Assembly: GCA_038087875.1 (NCBI GenBank)
Contig: CM075997.1
Coordinates: 8,744,001 to 8,808,000, forward strand
Direction of reading: 5' to 3'
Length of the DNA stretch: 64,000 bases
DNA from: Malacoraja senta
Taxonomy: Eukaryota
The notes below the pieces were generated by a model. It was given only the letters and a program-made list of their open reading frames with translations. It made no database searches and had not been told where the DNA came from. Below are positions 11,762-27,000 of the stretch, one piece after another. How positions within the stretch are numbered: the stretch's first letter is position 1; every line of letters starts with the position of its first letter. The translations under genes were made by a program, and so were the position numbers.

Positions 11762-13575
11762 CAACTATTATCTAAATGGTGGCCGATTAGGAAATGGGGA
11801 GATGCAGCGAGACCTGGGTGTCATGGTACACCAGTCATTGAAAGTAGGCATGCAGGTGCAGCAGGCAGTGAAGAAAGCGAATGGTATGTTAGCTTTCATA
11901 GCAAAAGGATTTGAGTATAGGAGCAGGGAGGTTCTACTGCATTCGTACAGGGTCTTGGTGAGACCACACCTGGAGTATTGCGTACAGTTTTGGTCTCCAA
12001 ATCTGAGGAAGGACATTATAGCCATAGAGGGAGTGCAGAGAAGGTTCACCAGACTGATTCCTGGGATGTCAGGACTTTCATATGAAGAAAGACTGGATAG
12101 ACTTGGCTTATACTCGCTAGAATTTAGGAGATTGAGAGGGGATCTTATAGTAGGTATGTTACAAAACTTACCTTCAGTCGCGCTGTAATTCTGTCACTGG
12201 CCGTGTGCGCGATTTTGGCGCCTTTAAGGGGGGGGCGGGGTTAAAACGCGGTTTCTCCTCCCTTGTCCTGAATTATATTTCGTTGGAGTACAAGCGTTTG
12301 CTGAAACTCGTTCCTAGGGGCGTTTTGTGAATTTTTTATTTTTATTAAATCGTCAATGCCAGCGCTGGAGTAATTTTAAAAGCAGCTCCTGAAGCGTCAA
12401 CGCCGATAACGGGGACGGATTTCACACACGGGACAGGTAAACGAAAGTGGTTTCTTTAAATGTATAAAAGTGCTTCTTAAGAAGCCTTTAATTCACATTT
12501 TTTCATGCGAAACGGTGATTTTATTCCCCGAACTAACGGCAGTATTTTTCATGCCAATACGGGGTTAAATTCATCGCAAATGAACGTTCCAAAAGATCGC
12601 GTTCCAGAAATCCTCACTCACAAGATGATTTAAATGCCCATTAATTTAAGGTATTAAACATTCAATTCCTTCCATTTGGCCCCGTAAATTCATGAAAATG
12701 AGATTTAAAAATTATGTTATATTGTGAATTATTGTGTGAATGTTATTTGAACACTTAGGCTATTTAAAAATGTTAATCTATTCTTAAGAAATTGATAGAT
12801 GTTTAGATCTACTAATTGAATTTTGTAATTAGCTACAATTAGGTAACTAACTAATTATATGCTTTACTTTCATGTCTTCTAAGTAAGATTGTTTCATATT
12901 TGTTTCAGAATGCTTCAATCTATAACTCTGAACATTTCTTTGTTATCTTAATTTTTAAGAAAGTTATGGCTTTTAACTGTCCTTGATCACAGCTTTTGTG
13001 TTAAGTGAATGGAAAAGCAATAGGGAACAAGATGCTAATTTCCGAGTATAAAAATGGCCATAACTTCTTTAATACTGAAGATATGAAAGTGAATTAGGTG
13101 TCAAATTAAACTTCTTTTTATGCTTTATCTGATGGGATAAATTGCAGACTTTATTTTTAAAAATCTCAAAATTTAGTAACATTGATACTTATAGAAAACG
13201 TACAAAATTCTTATGTGTTGGACAGGCTAGATGCAGGAAGATTGTTCCCGATGTTGGGGAAGTCCAGGACAAGGGGTCACAGCTTAAGGATAAGGGGGGA
13301 AATCCTTTAAGACCGAGATGAGGAAAACTTTTTCACACAGAGAGTGGCGAATCTCTGGAACTCTCTGCCACAGGGGGTAGTTGAGGCCAGTTCATTGGCT
13401 ATATTTAAGAGGGAGTTAGATGTGGCCCTTGTGGCTAAAGGGATCAGAGGGTATGGAGAGAAGGCAGGTACGGGATACTGAGTTGGATGATCAGCCATGA
13501 TCATATTGAATGGCGGTGCAGGCTCGAAGGGCCGAATGGCCTACTTCCTGCACCTATTTTCTATGTATCTATGTA
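11762..13575 (+). mobile_element. CR1 LINE 3' fragment split by a DNA transposon
   Basis: RPHLEYCVQFWSP...LRGDLI breaks at 12150 and resumes at 13188, ending in the CR1 tail. Confidence 0.9.
12151..13187. mobile_element. Non-autonomous TIR DNA transposon (1037 bp) with a 7-bp TSD
   Basis: TSD CTTATAG at 12144-12150 and 13188-13194. Imperfect TIRs TAGGTATGTTACAAAA / TATCAATGTTACTAAA (12 of 16 match). No ORF. Confidence 0.8.
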
Positions 13576-13657
13576 AGCCACACTGATAGGCCAGCGGGAG
13601 CATAAGAACACTTTATTTTTAAAATTCAAGTAACTTGCAGTTAAACGTACATTTTAA

Positions 13658-15509
13658 CTATGACATTTTACTTTTAATTGAAACATACTTCAGTCCATTC
13701 CTCAGCTCCGCTCTGAATGTTCTCTATGTAATTGTGTATATACACGTGTTGGTGCACATACTGAGTATTTGCAACATATATCAGAACTGTTGTAGGATAT
13801 ATGTCGGGCTATTCAAATACCGGTCTGTATACGAATAATGTTGCACCTGCCAAGTCAGTGAAACTACCACATAAGGTATCCAAAGTAAAATGAAATTACT
13901 TGATATTGCGAACGACAAAAACATTGACTTTCTCCTGTTCACCACTTCGGCATCATCCTTAGTGTCGCTGCTGTTCCGAAGTTCTCTGCGGACTTTATTT
14001 GACGCTGTGATATTTTTGATCGTTAATCCATTGAACAGCAGAATTAACAGATTGGTAATAAAGGTGTTAAGATACTATCCAGTATCTCGAATCCTTTCCC
14101 AGAAAGATGAAGTGAGGTAATCCGTTGTTAAGACGCAGCCCCATGGCACGTTGTCAATTATGACATCAGACTTCATCACGAAGTAAAAGGGAACGCCCCT
14201 GGCGCAGCTGACTGCAACCACAGTCACCATGACCACAGTTGCAGTTCTCTCTTTGCAGTACCGTTCACGCAACTTTTGACAACAAATTGCAATAAACCGA
14301 TCAAAAATCTGACCGTAAGCCATACAGAACAATCCATGGTTATAACCCTCAGTACATTTGTCAGAGAGCATAACGGAGTAATGAGCAAGAAATCAGCATA
14401 AGCATATATATAATTAGTCTGTTCCACTATAGCAACAACGAAAACCACCATCAGGTCGGCTGTTGCCATTCCCATCAGGTAACGGGTGATGCACTTGGAG
14501 AGTCCGCAATTTCCCGAGAGAGTATTGCGATCGCAATTTGAATTGACTGCAAGTTGTTAAGAAAAAGTAAAAGTTATGAGTATAAGAAAAAGTCCATTTG
14601 CATCAAACTTGATCCATTTTAACTTATTTTTCGCGCGGGTAACAACGCGGAATGGTTCTATTTCCCCCATGATGTTTGTAGTTCTACATGAGTGGTGAGA
14701 ATCTGAGAGGGGATTTCCAGGACGTCCACGCTCCGCTACTCAGCTTCAGCTCGAAGACACCAGCAGTGACAATTGTGCCGGCTATCTTGCGCCAGTTTGG
14801 GAGCGGAGCACGTGAAGCCCAGGACCCAGAACCTCAGTTACCGAGGCATGATTCTTGATTTGCCTTTAAAAAAAATATTGTATTGATGTTTCTTATAAAA
14901 TAAACAGACATTGTGTTTGTCAGGGTGTAGCACATTTGACAAGGAAACCACTGCTTTAAAAATAAAACTGGCGGAAAAACAACTAACCGGAACAACAGAG
15001 CGAAGTTTGATGTTATTGCACACCTTGAAATGGCATTTAGACAAATAGAAAAGTAGTTCTGATTTCTTGTCTTTGTTCGCAATTACATCCGTGTGGGAAA
15101 TACTATGACAAGTTTTTTTTTTAACGTGGAAACGGTGAGGAATGTGTATAGAGTTGGATAAATCTGGTGATGCAGGTTCATACCGAAAAGAATATATGCT
15201 GACAATGCAAGAGGAATATGTTAATATCAGGAATAACTTAGTTGATGCAACTGACAAAATAACTGGACATTTAAAAAATCAATTCATATATACAAAGTAG
15301 AAACTTGAATCCTGAAAATTCTAGAGACACTCACCAGCTGAAGCAGAATCTGAGCTGCATATCAAGGGGGTTATGCTACTGTGCAGCACGTTCAACAAAA
15401 GAGACCACGTAATATATCGGAGCCAGCTCAGGTATCTTACCAGGGATACCAACGCTGGAAGATCAGGATAGAATATTCTCGCAATGTGGTAAATGGGTGC
15501 AAATCCCAT
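13658..15509 (-). pseudogene. GPR139-like GPCR pseudogene (exon 1 15441-15509; exon 2 13658-14546)
   Basis: Exon 1 MGFAPIYHIARIFYP... is 69 nt, 1 nt short of the paralogue. Exon 2 has CGLSKCITRYLMGMATADL, DCSVWLTV, FDRFIAICCQK and CTNTCIY, with several frameshifts and an in-frame TGA (QQF*YML). GT-AG intron. Confidence 0.88.
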
Positions 15510-16083
15510 TTTCTGGTGAGGCAACGATGTATTTTACAGAACGTTTTCACTTCCCATATGCTCTGGTGATTAGCTAACAAACTGTTATAAAAGAGAGAGA
15601 AATCCCACTGTGACAATTAGCGTGGTCATCTCCGTAGGGACATATCAGGCACAATCACTGAACAAACACACTTAACTATTTTTACTCATTGCATTAGTGT
15701 GCAATGAATTTCTCTCCGCAGCGTAGGTTCGGTACATGTGGGCTTCATGTTGATTGTCACCTTCTTACATGGAAATGTCAGATCGTATTGCATTAAAATT
15801 TGACTTGCGTTAAACGGGACGATTTTTAAGATCAATATTATATTTAACATGGACATTCCGCTTAAATGAAAATTAAGTGATATTATGCGCAGCAAGTAGC
15901 CTCGTCAAATGAACCCAAAATCTTTAGCTTGGTAAACTAAGTTGAATGCTTGCAGGAATGGGAGAGCTCACGCTGCCGGCAAGCCTTTCGGAACGTTTTA
16001 GTGGTGTAACCCGTTAGTCGCGTGTCATGGTTTTTAATAAACTAAATGTGTACTGTCTTCATTGACCCGTAATGCCGTCAATA

Positions 16084-17603
<1,520 letters not shown>

Positions 17604-17851
17604 TATCCTATTAAAAATTGAAGTTTGCAGTCTGCGTGAAAGTGAATATATTCGACCACAGAAAATTGACCGTTCGGACCAAGCTCTCATGATCTGTTCG
17701 TTAAGTGCTTTGCAATTCACACGTATGTTGGGCGGCATACCGTTTGAGATATTTCCCAGGTACTGATATTAATTCATTTTTTGTCAGGGCCGTTTAATCT
17801 CGTAGAAAGGTATGAAGTGAAAGCCGAAAATTCCCCTTACATTGCTTTAAC

Positions 17852-18051
17852 NNNNNNNNNNNNNNNNNNNNNNNNNNNNNNNNNNNNNNNNNNNNNNNNN
17901 NNNNNNNNNNNNNNNNNNNNNNNNNNNNNNNNNNNNNNNNNNNNNNNNNNNNNNNNNNNNNNNNNNNNNNNNNNNNNNNNNNNNNNNNNNNNNNNNNNNN
18001 NNNNNNNNNNNNNNNNNNNNNNNNNNNNNNNNNNNNNNNNNNNNNNNNNNN
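17852..18051. other. Assembly gap (200 N)
   Basis: Run of N. Confidence 1.
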
Positions 18052-20850
18052 GAGGGGTGGGTAGAGAGGGATGGGGAGGGGGGGTAGAGAGGGAGAGGGA
18101 GGGGTGTAGACATTGAGTGGTGAGGGGGGGGGGGTGGCGCTGCGTCACAGGGGAGGGCTGTTTCCCGAACGCAATACTGCACCACTCATAGGTCCTAATA
18201 TTCACCACTCCCCAGAGAGGGAGGGGGGCAGAGAGGGGAGGGGGGCAGAGGGGGAGGGAAGGGCCGAGAGTGAGGGGGCAGAGAGGGACGGGGGGCAGAG
18301 GGGGAGGCGGAGAGGGAGGGGGAGCAGAAAGGGAGGGGCAGAGAAGGAAGGGTGTCCGAGAGGGTGGGAGGCAGAAAGGGAGGGGCAGAGAGGGGGGCAG
18401 AGAGGGAGGTAGGAGGCACAGAGGGACGAGGGGCAGAGAGGGGGGAGAGGGAGGTGGGGGAGAGGGAGGGGGCCAGAGTCGGAGCGGGAGGCAGAGAGGG
18501 ACGGGGGTCAGAGAGGGAGGGGGCGGAGAGGGAGGGGGGAGCAGAGAGGGAGGTGCAGATAGGGAGGGGGTGGCAGAGAGGGTGGGGAGGGGCAGAAAGG
18601 GAGGGGGGTTAGAAAGGGAGAGGAGTCAGAAAGGAGGGGGACTCAGAGAGGGAGGGGAGGGTAAAAGTAGAAACATAGAAAATAGGTGCAGGAGTAGGCC
18701 ATTCGGCCCTTCGAGCCTGCACCGCCATTCAATATGATCATGGCTGATCATCCAACTCAGTATCCTGTACCTGCCTTCTCTCCATACCCCCTGATCCCTT
18801 TAGCCACAAGGGCCACATCTACCTCCCTCTTAAATATAGCCAATGAACTGGCCTCAAGTACCTTCTGTGGCAGAGAGTTCCAGAGATTCACCACTCTCTG
18901 TGTGAAAAATGTTTTTCTCATCTCGGTCCTAAAGGATTTCCCCTTTATCCTTAAACTGTGCCCCTTGTCCTGGACTTCCCCAACATCGGAAACAATATTT
19001 CTGCATCTAGCCTGTCCAACCCCTTAAGAAATGTGTACGTTTCTATAACATCCCCCCTCAATCTTCTAAATTCTAGCGAGTACAAGCCGAGTCTATCCAG
19101 TCTTTCTTCATATGAAAGTCGTGACATCCCAGGAATCAGTCTGGTGAACCTTCTCTGTACTCCCTCTATGGCAAGAATGTCTTTCCTCAGATTTGGAGAC
19201 CAAAACTGTACGCAATACTCCAGGTGTGGTCTCACCAAGACCCTGTACAACTGCAGTAGAACCTCCCTGCTACTATACTCAAATCCTTTTGCTATGAATG
19301 CTAACATACCATTCGCTTTCTTCACTGCCTGCTGCACCTGCAGGCCTACTTTCAATGACTGGTGTACCATGACACCCAGGTCTCGTTGCATCTCCCTTTT
19401 CCTAATCGGCCACCATTTAGATAATAGTCTAATTTCCTGTTTTTGACACCAAAGTGGATAACCTAACATTTATCCACATTATACTGCATCTGCCATGCAT
19501 TTACCCACTCACCCAGCCTATCCAAGTCACCTTGCCGCCTCCTAGCATCCTCCTCACAGCTAACACTGCCCCAGCTTCGTGTCATCCGCAAACTTGGAGA
19601 TGTTGCATTCAATTCCCTCGTCCAAATCATTAATATATATTGTAAATAGCTGGGGTCCCAGCACTGAGCCTTGCGGTACCCCACTAGTCACTGCCTGCCA
19701 TTCTGAAAAGGACCCGTTTACGCCTACTCTTTGCTTCATGTTTGCCAGCCAGTTCTCTATCCACATCAATACTGAACCCCCAATACCGTGTGCTTTATGT
19801 TTGTATACTAATCTCTTATGTGGGACCTTGTCGAAAGCCTTCTGAAATTCCAGATATAACACATTCCACTGGTTCTCCCTTATCCACTCTACTAGTTGCA
19901 TCCTCGAAAAATTCTATACGATTCGTCAGACATGATTTACCTTTCGTAAATCCATGCTGACTTTGTCCAATGATTTCACCACTTTCCAGATGTGCTGCTA
20001 TCCCATCTTTAATAACTGACGCTAGCAGTTTCCCACTACCGATGTTAGACTAACTGGTCTGTAAACTACCGATGTTAGACTAACTGGTCTGAAAAGAGGG
20101 ATGGAGGGCAGAGAGGGAAATCAGAGAAGGAGGGATGGCAGAGAGAGAGGTGGTAGAGAGGGACTGTAGAGATGGAGGGGGGGGTGGTAGAGGGGGAGGG
20201 GGAGGGGGAGATAGTAGTGCCAGCATCTACCGAGATCGTAGAGCAGCAGCCTCCCCACCAGGCAGCGGAGGGCCAGCCGATCGTGGCTTCCGCGTGGGGA
20301 AGCCATCTGTCAGATGATCGGGCGGGGGAGACAGAGAGGAGGTCGTCCCCCGTGACGGCCAAAAATCGCCAGGTAGGGTCCGGATCACCAGGAAGGGAAC
20401 GGCGTCACGATTCCCCGAGTCCGTGCAATGGACGGAGGAATCGCAGATCTCCATAGACGGCCTCTTCCAAAGGGAGTAATGGCCGCAGGGCTACCTTCCC
20501 ACCGCGCTGCCCCGCACCCTCATTCGCGCTCGGGACCTCGGGAGCTGCAGTACAGAGCCCACTTGCTCGTTCTTTCTGCGTCTTTTGAAGAACGGGGAGG
20601 GGGAGGGGCTGACGATCATCAGCGAGACCATCTCGTTTATTTTCTAAGTTATTTGAGATTTGTGATCATTTTCATAAATATCTCGAGAAATAATGCATGA
20701 CATTTTCAGATTAAGGCGATATTTGACTTCACGGCCTAAATCGATATCGGAATATGTAAACATTTCTCAGTTAGCGCGTCATGTTTTCGAGGAGATGTGA
20801 AACGCACACGAACATCACACACACAAATAAATACAGATCGAAGATCAGAC
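18052..20850 (-). mobile_element. Second non-autonomous Helitron-like element related to 16084-17603, inverted and split by a CR1
   Basis: 20401-20487 is homologous to the reverse complement of ~16569-16640. The purine tract mirrors the pyrimidine tract of the first copy. Termini not seen (gap on one side, L1 on the other). Confidence 0.6.
18668..20091 (-). mobile_element. 5'-truncated CR1 LINE
   Basis: [10 protein letters not shown] and FADDTK motifs; tail at 18668; 5-bp TSD AAAAG at 18663-18667 and 20092-20096. Confidence 0.92.
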
Positions 20851-23800
20851 TTTTTTTGTTTTGTTGTTGTTTATTTTATTAGAAGTTAATACAATACAAA
20901 ACAATACAGTGGCACCTAATTTTAGGTGCCAACTATGTCATAACGTAATGCATTCTATGTACAACCTCTAGTTTTATGTTTTTGAAAAGGAGGGTAAAAA
21001 ATAAAATAAAAAAGGAAAGAAAAAAATAGAGAAAAGAAAGAGGAAAAATAAATAGTAGAAAATAGAAAAACGTGAAGTGTGTATATAAGAAAAGAAAAAA
21101 ATAGAAAGTAGAAATAGTAGAAAAAGACCCTTAAGAAATTTTCAAATGTTTGTTTGGAGATGTAAATCTATCCACGACCTGACCTGAAATCAGTAATCTT
21201 TACGGTATTGCTGCATCACATGATTCCAAAAAGTCGATGAAAGGGGACCAACTCCTTAAGAATTGGTCATATTTAACTATTAGGCGGAGTCTCATTTCTT
21301 CAAGGTGTGCTATGTCCGTCATATTCCTAATCCACATTTTAATAGTTGGTATAGCTGTATTTTTCCAAAATTTAAGTATCAATTTCTTTCCAATTATTAA
21401 CCCATAATTAAAGAATACTTTTTGGTCTTTGTTTAAATTGATATCTTCTAATATTATTCCAAATATAATCCATTCCATATTAGGTTCTATTCTTGACTTG
21501 AAGAGCTTTGTAAATATATCAAATATATTGCTCCAAAATGTATTCAACTTTGTACATCCTACAAATGAATGTGTTATATTGGCATTTTGAAACAAACATT
21601 TATCGCATCTGGGAGAGACATTTGGGTAAAATTTATTCAACCTCGTTTTTGAATAATATAGTCTATGTAATAATTTAAATTGCATTAAATTATGTCTTGC
21701 ATTAATGGAACAATTATGTGTATTCATCAGATACTTTTCCCATCTATCTTTCGGGATCTTTATCATTAGTTCATGTTCCCAATCTTCTCTTAGTGCCTCT
21801 GTTGAGGGTAATTCTCTATTTAATATACTATTATAAAAATATGATATTAGTTTTTGTGAATCAGCCTTAATATTCATTGCTTCTTCTAAAGGGTCTAAAA
21901 ATATAGTTTGAAATCTATGTATATATTTCTTCATAAAGTCACATATCTGTATATATTTAAAATATTGATTATCATTCAGTTTAAATTTAAATTTTAATTG
22001 TTGAAATGATAACAATTTGCTCAGTTCATACATATCTCCTACTTTCCTAATCCCCAGTCTATCCCATTGTTTATATGTTTTGTCGATAAGAGATGGTTTG
22101 AATGCAGGATTATTCAGAATTGGGGTTAATACTGATATATTATTTAATTTCAAGGATAATTTTATTTGTTTCCAAATTCTTATTGTATTGTGAATAATTG
22201 GGTTCTTCTTATATATTATACTATTCAATTTTATTGGTGAGAACAAGATCGTTCCTATATCGTACGGGAAACACTCCTCTTTTTCCATTCTTATCCACTC
22301 CGACTGGTGAGTTGAACTATCCAACCAGTACATTATGTTCTTAATATGCACTGCCCAGTAGTAATACGTAAAGTTAGGTAGTGATAAACCCCCAGCTTCT
22401 TTAGGTTTACACAAATGCTTTCGTTGAATTCTGTGTGCTCTATAATCCCATATAAAATTAGTGATATTAGAATCTAGTTTTTTGAAAAAATATTTCGGAA
22501 TATATATTGGGATCGCTTGAAACAAATATATTAATTGTGGTAAGAAAGTCATTTTTATAGCCTTAATTCTACCTATCGATGAGAGTGGGAGCGTTTCCCA
22601 AAATGTAATCATAACATTCAATTTATTTAATAGTGGCATAAAATTGGCGCTAAATAATGATTTGTGTCTTCTCGTAATTTGAATACCTAAATACTTGAAT
22701 TTTTCTGGTGCAATTTTGAAAGGGAATTTTAATTAGTGTCTCGCATCCTGTGGTTTTAAAGACATGATTTCGCTTTTATTCCAATTTATTCTATATCCTG
22801 AAAAAGAACCAAATTCCTCAATTAGTGTTAATAAGGTGGGAATACTCGTTTGTGTATTAGTAATATATAAAAGAATATCATCAGCATATAATGAAATTTT
22901 ATTCTTTGAGTCCTTGGTATTATATCCGTGAATATTCGGATGATTTCTAATCCTTTCAGCCAGCGGTTCTATCATAAGGGCAAATAGCAATGGTGATAAG
23001 GCACAACCCTGCCTATTACCCCTTGATAAATAAAATTTTGAAGATAACATATTGTTAGTTAATATTCTTGCCATAGGTTTATTATAAAGTAGTTTAACCC
23101 ATCTAATCAAATTCTCTCCCGTATTAAATTTTTCGAGTACGTTATATAAATACTGCCATTCTACCTGATCCAATGCCTTCTCTGCATCCAGCGTAACGAC
23201 TGAAATATCTTCAATGTCCTCTTTGTGAGAGTACATTATATTGAAAAGCCTTCTCAAGTTATTAAATGATTGTCTTTTGGGTATAAATCCCGTTTGATCC
23301 GGGTTTACCAATTTATTAATATAATTATTCAGTCTTCTTGCTAGAATCTTTGCTAAAATTTTCTGGTCTGTATTTAAAAGTGATATAGCTCTGTAAGAAC
23401 CCGGTTCATCTAAATCTTTATCTTTTTTTGGTATAAGCGTTATTGTTGATTCTGCTAAAGTTTCTGGTAGTTTATTTTCGGTATAGGCCTGCGTGTATAA
23501 GTTGAGTAATCTTGGTACAAGTGACTCCTGAAAGCGTTTATAAAATTCATTACTAAAACCATCTGGTCCTGGGGTCTTCCCAATTTTCAATGAGTTTATT
23601 ATTTGTTTTATTTCTTCACTAGTAATCCGTGCTCCTAATTCCTCTTGTTCTAAACTATCCAATTTAGGGAGGTTGCAAATATCTAAAAAATTTGTAATTT
23701 TACTATCATCTCTATTTATTTTAGTTGTGTATAAATTATGATAAAATTGGGCAAACCTTTTATTAATATCCTTTGGTAATGTTAGAAGCTCACCCTTATC

Positions 23801-25250
23801 AGATTTAATTTTAGTGATAGTATTTTCCTTTTCTTGTTGCTTCAGTTGCCTCGCTAATAATTTATGTGGCTTATCCCCAAATTCGAAGTGTGCCTGTTTT
23901 GTAATTTGGAATAGTCTTATTACTCTACCCGATAATATTCTATTGAGTTTATATTTCAATAAGGTTATCTTATTATGTTTATCTATAGTTGGGTCACTTG
24001 CATTGTCCAGTTCTAGTAATTTTATTTCCTGTTCTATCCTCTGAAGTTCTCTTTTATTTTCTTTATTTTGATAACTTTGATAAGAGATTATAACACCGCG
24101 AATGTATGCCTTAAAGGTTTCCCATAATAGCGATACAGAAATACCCAGCGTATCATTTGTCTCGAAATTTTTTTTTGTTTTATTCTTTTATATACTCATA
24201 ACCCTGCGGGTTATTTAATATTTGTGCGTTGAATTTCCAAAAAGATTTTATACCCGGCATTCCCTCGATTTTAAGTATAAAAGTCAGTGGTGAATGATCG
24301 GAAATAATACTATTATGATATGATGGTTTAATTGTATACGGGATTAATTTTGTATCCACTAAGAAATAGTCAATTCGTGAATAAGTTTTGAGGCGACGAG
24401 TAAAACGATTATTCCCTTCCAATTGCGTTTGCTATTCTCCAAACGTCAGTTATGTTATTATTTTTTATATAAGTATTTAAAAATTCACAGGTCTTAGTTT
24501 TAACTAGACGCTTCCCTACCTTTATTGATTTATCTAAGTATGGGTCTATAACACAATTAAAATCTCCTCCCATTATAATATTTTGATAATTATGCTCTGC
24601 AATTATATCTAGTATTTTCTTTAAAAATTGGGGATTATCAAAATTAGGCGCATAAATATTTATCATAGTTAATGGTGTATTGTAAATTTCTCCCGTGACT
24701 ATAACGTATCTTCCCTCTTTATCAGATATAGACTTCTTTAATTTAAAAGGTATACCTTTCCGAATTATAATGACCGTGCCTCTTGCTTTAGAAGTGAATG
24801 ACCTTTAGTAGGTTTGACCTATCCAGTTTGCCCTTAATCTGATCTGCGTTTGTTGTTTCAAATGCGTTTCTTGTAGGAAAGCAATATCAATGTTTAATGA
24901 TTTTAATTGTGCCAGAATTTTACCCCTCTTAATTGGCTCATTCGCACCTCTAATGTTCCAACTACAAAAAGTGAGACCTCCGGTGTTTATTCGACTATTA
25001 TCTTGCATTGGCTATTATTACCAGAATGTTTAAATTCATTTGATGCAGCCAAGTACCTCGAAATCCCGAGTCCAGGGTTGTCCTTCATAATTTCTGCACT
25101 ATTTTTACATCTCCTGACACTATCAAACATAATTAAGGGAAAAAGAAAAACATAAAATGAAGTGTTCATAAAGATTGTTAAATCATACAACGCATAATAG
25201 TGAATAAACAAAAAAAGTGAATGTAAGTTATCAAAAAAGCGATATCTTAC
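20851..25250 (-). mobile_element. L1-clade LINE: near-complete but frameshifted ORF2 (APE endonuclease, RT, C-terminal Cys/His knuckle); ORF1 absent
   Basis: SWNIRG, LQETH, NIYAPN, GGDFN, SRIDY, SDHSP; KTPGPDG, DAEKA, RQGCALSP, YADD; CDKC..H..C; poly(A)-like tail from 20851. The 5' boundary is approximate. Confidence 0.93.
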
Positions 25251-25439
25251 AAAAAAGCCACCTATGGTGGCTAAGATTTGTTTTAAATTGACCTCCGTCG
25301 ATGGAATTATGCAATATGATATGTGTATACAAATCTCCAGCCAGAATAAATACCTTCCACCACAACTACCTTACATCTGTGAATAAGCTAGTACCAGATC
25401 GATATAATCAAATCATTAACAATCCCGTACCATTTAATT

Positions 25440-25900
25440 TTCGGGACGAATCCACCGCAAGGGACCAGATCAAAGCCTTGCTAAAATCCATGTATGCAAC
25501 ATCCACTGACCTACCTTCAGCAATCTCCTATGGCACTTCCTCTAAAAGAGCAATTAATTTAATGTGACACATTTCATAAAAAGCCGCAGTGGATGTCCTT
25601 GATTGGGCTACACTCCACGAAACGGGGGTAAATCCTCCGTGGATGGATTATCTCCAATAATATCCCTACCACTGATGTGAGGCCCTCCGGCTTCCTGCAT
25701 ATCCTGGTTTTTCCCAATTTCCTTTGACAACAAATGCAACAGCAATTGCCACTCTCCAATCCTCTGGGACTTCGTCTGTCACTAGAGAGGAAACAAAGAT
25801 CATAGGCAAGGCTCTCGCATTCCCCCGCCTTGCTTCCCTCAACAACTGCGGATAGATCCCATCGCGCCCTGGGCACTTATACAACTTAAATTTCCTCAAG
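25440..25900 (-). mobile_element. Decayed CR1-like RT fragment
   Basis: KCPGRDGIYPQLLRE...VPEDWRVA motif. Confidence 0.65.
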
Positions 25901-26179
25901 CCCCTTACCCACCGCCTCTTTCTCTATCTCAACTTTCCTTCTCATATTTGTATTATCCACACCGGTCTTGCGGTCCCTCAATTCTTCGATGACTGAGGGA
26001 AGTATTGAGCGATTATGGGCACAGTCCTCGTATTGAATGATATGCCTAAATGTGCAGAGTTTTATTTTATTACTAGACTAAGTGGGACCCGTTGGGTTCC
26101 CAGCATCACACGGGAGGGCTGGTCACCCAATGCAATATTCCACCTCTCCGCCAATTCCAATATTGCTGGCCAGTGTGGG

Positions 26180-27000
26180 GGCTTTCTGTAGCGCTAGTAT
26201 GGGTGTTGTGGGCCAAAGGGACTGGTTTCCAGAGGGCTAGTATGGACATTGTGGGCCGAATGGATTCTTGGGCTGGCAGCTCAGTCACTCAGACTTGGCA
26301 GCTCAGTCACTCAGGCTTGGCAGCTCAGTCACTCAGGCCTGGCAGCTCAGTCACTCAGGCCTGGCAGGCTGGAAGCTCAGTAACTCAGGCCTGGCAGGCT
26401 GGCAGCTGAGAAACTGCCAGCAATTCTGCCAAAAACAGGTGACAGACTGTGAGAGAAGGGGGAGAGGATGGGCACTTAATTTTAGACATTTTCATCCTGA
26501 TTTTACAGATCACAGCAATGAAGGAGGAAAGTCTATTCTCCTGTGGATCTCTGGAGCGCTAATATGGGTGTTGTGGGCTGAGGGGCTGGTTTCCAGAGGG
26601 GTAGTATGGACTTTGTGGGCCGAATGGATTTTGGGCTGGCAGCTCAGTCACTGAGGCTAGGCAGCTCAGTCACTGAGGCCTGGCAGTACAGTCACTCAGA
26701 CCTGGCAGGCTGGCAGCTGAGAAACTGCCAGAAATTCTGCCCAAAACAGGTGACAGACTCTGTGAGAGAGAAGGGGGAGAGGGTGGACTGACTGGATTCT
26801 TGGGCTCGCAGTTCAGTGAGTCATCGCTGGTGGGCTGGCAGATCACTTACTCATGGCTGGTGGGCTGGCAGTGCAGTCACGGCTGGTGGGCTGGCAGTTC
26901 AGTCACTTACAGCTGGTGGGCTGGCAGTTCGCTTACTCATGGCTGGTGGGCTGGCAGTGCAGTCACTCATGCCTGGTATGCTGGCAGTTCACTCAGTCAC
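26180..27000. repeat. Minisatellite and tandem duplication in the Helitron subterminal region
   Basis: Repeats of ggcagctcagtcactcaggc(c/t)t and ggctggtgggctggcag; ~26180-26470 is duplicated at ~26545-26780. Confidence 0.85.
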
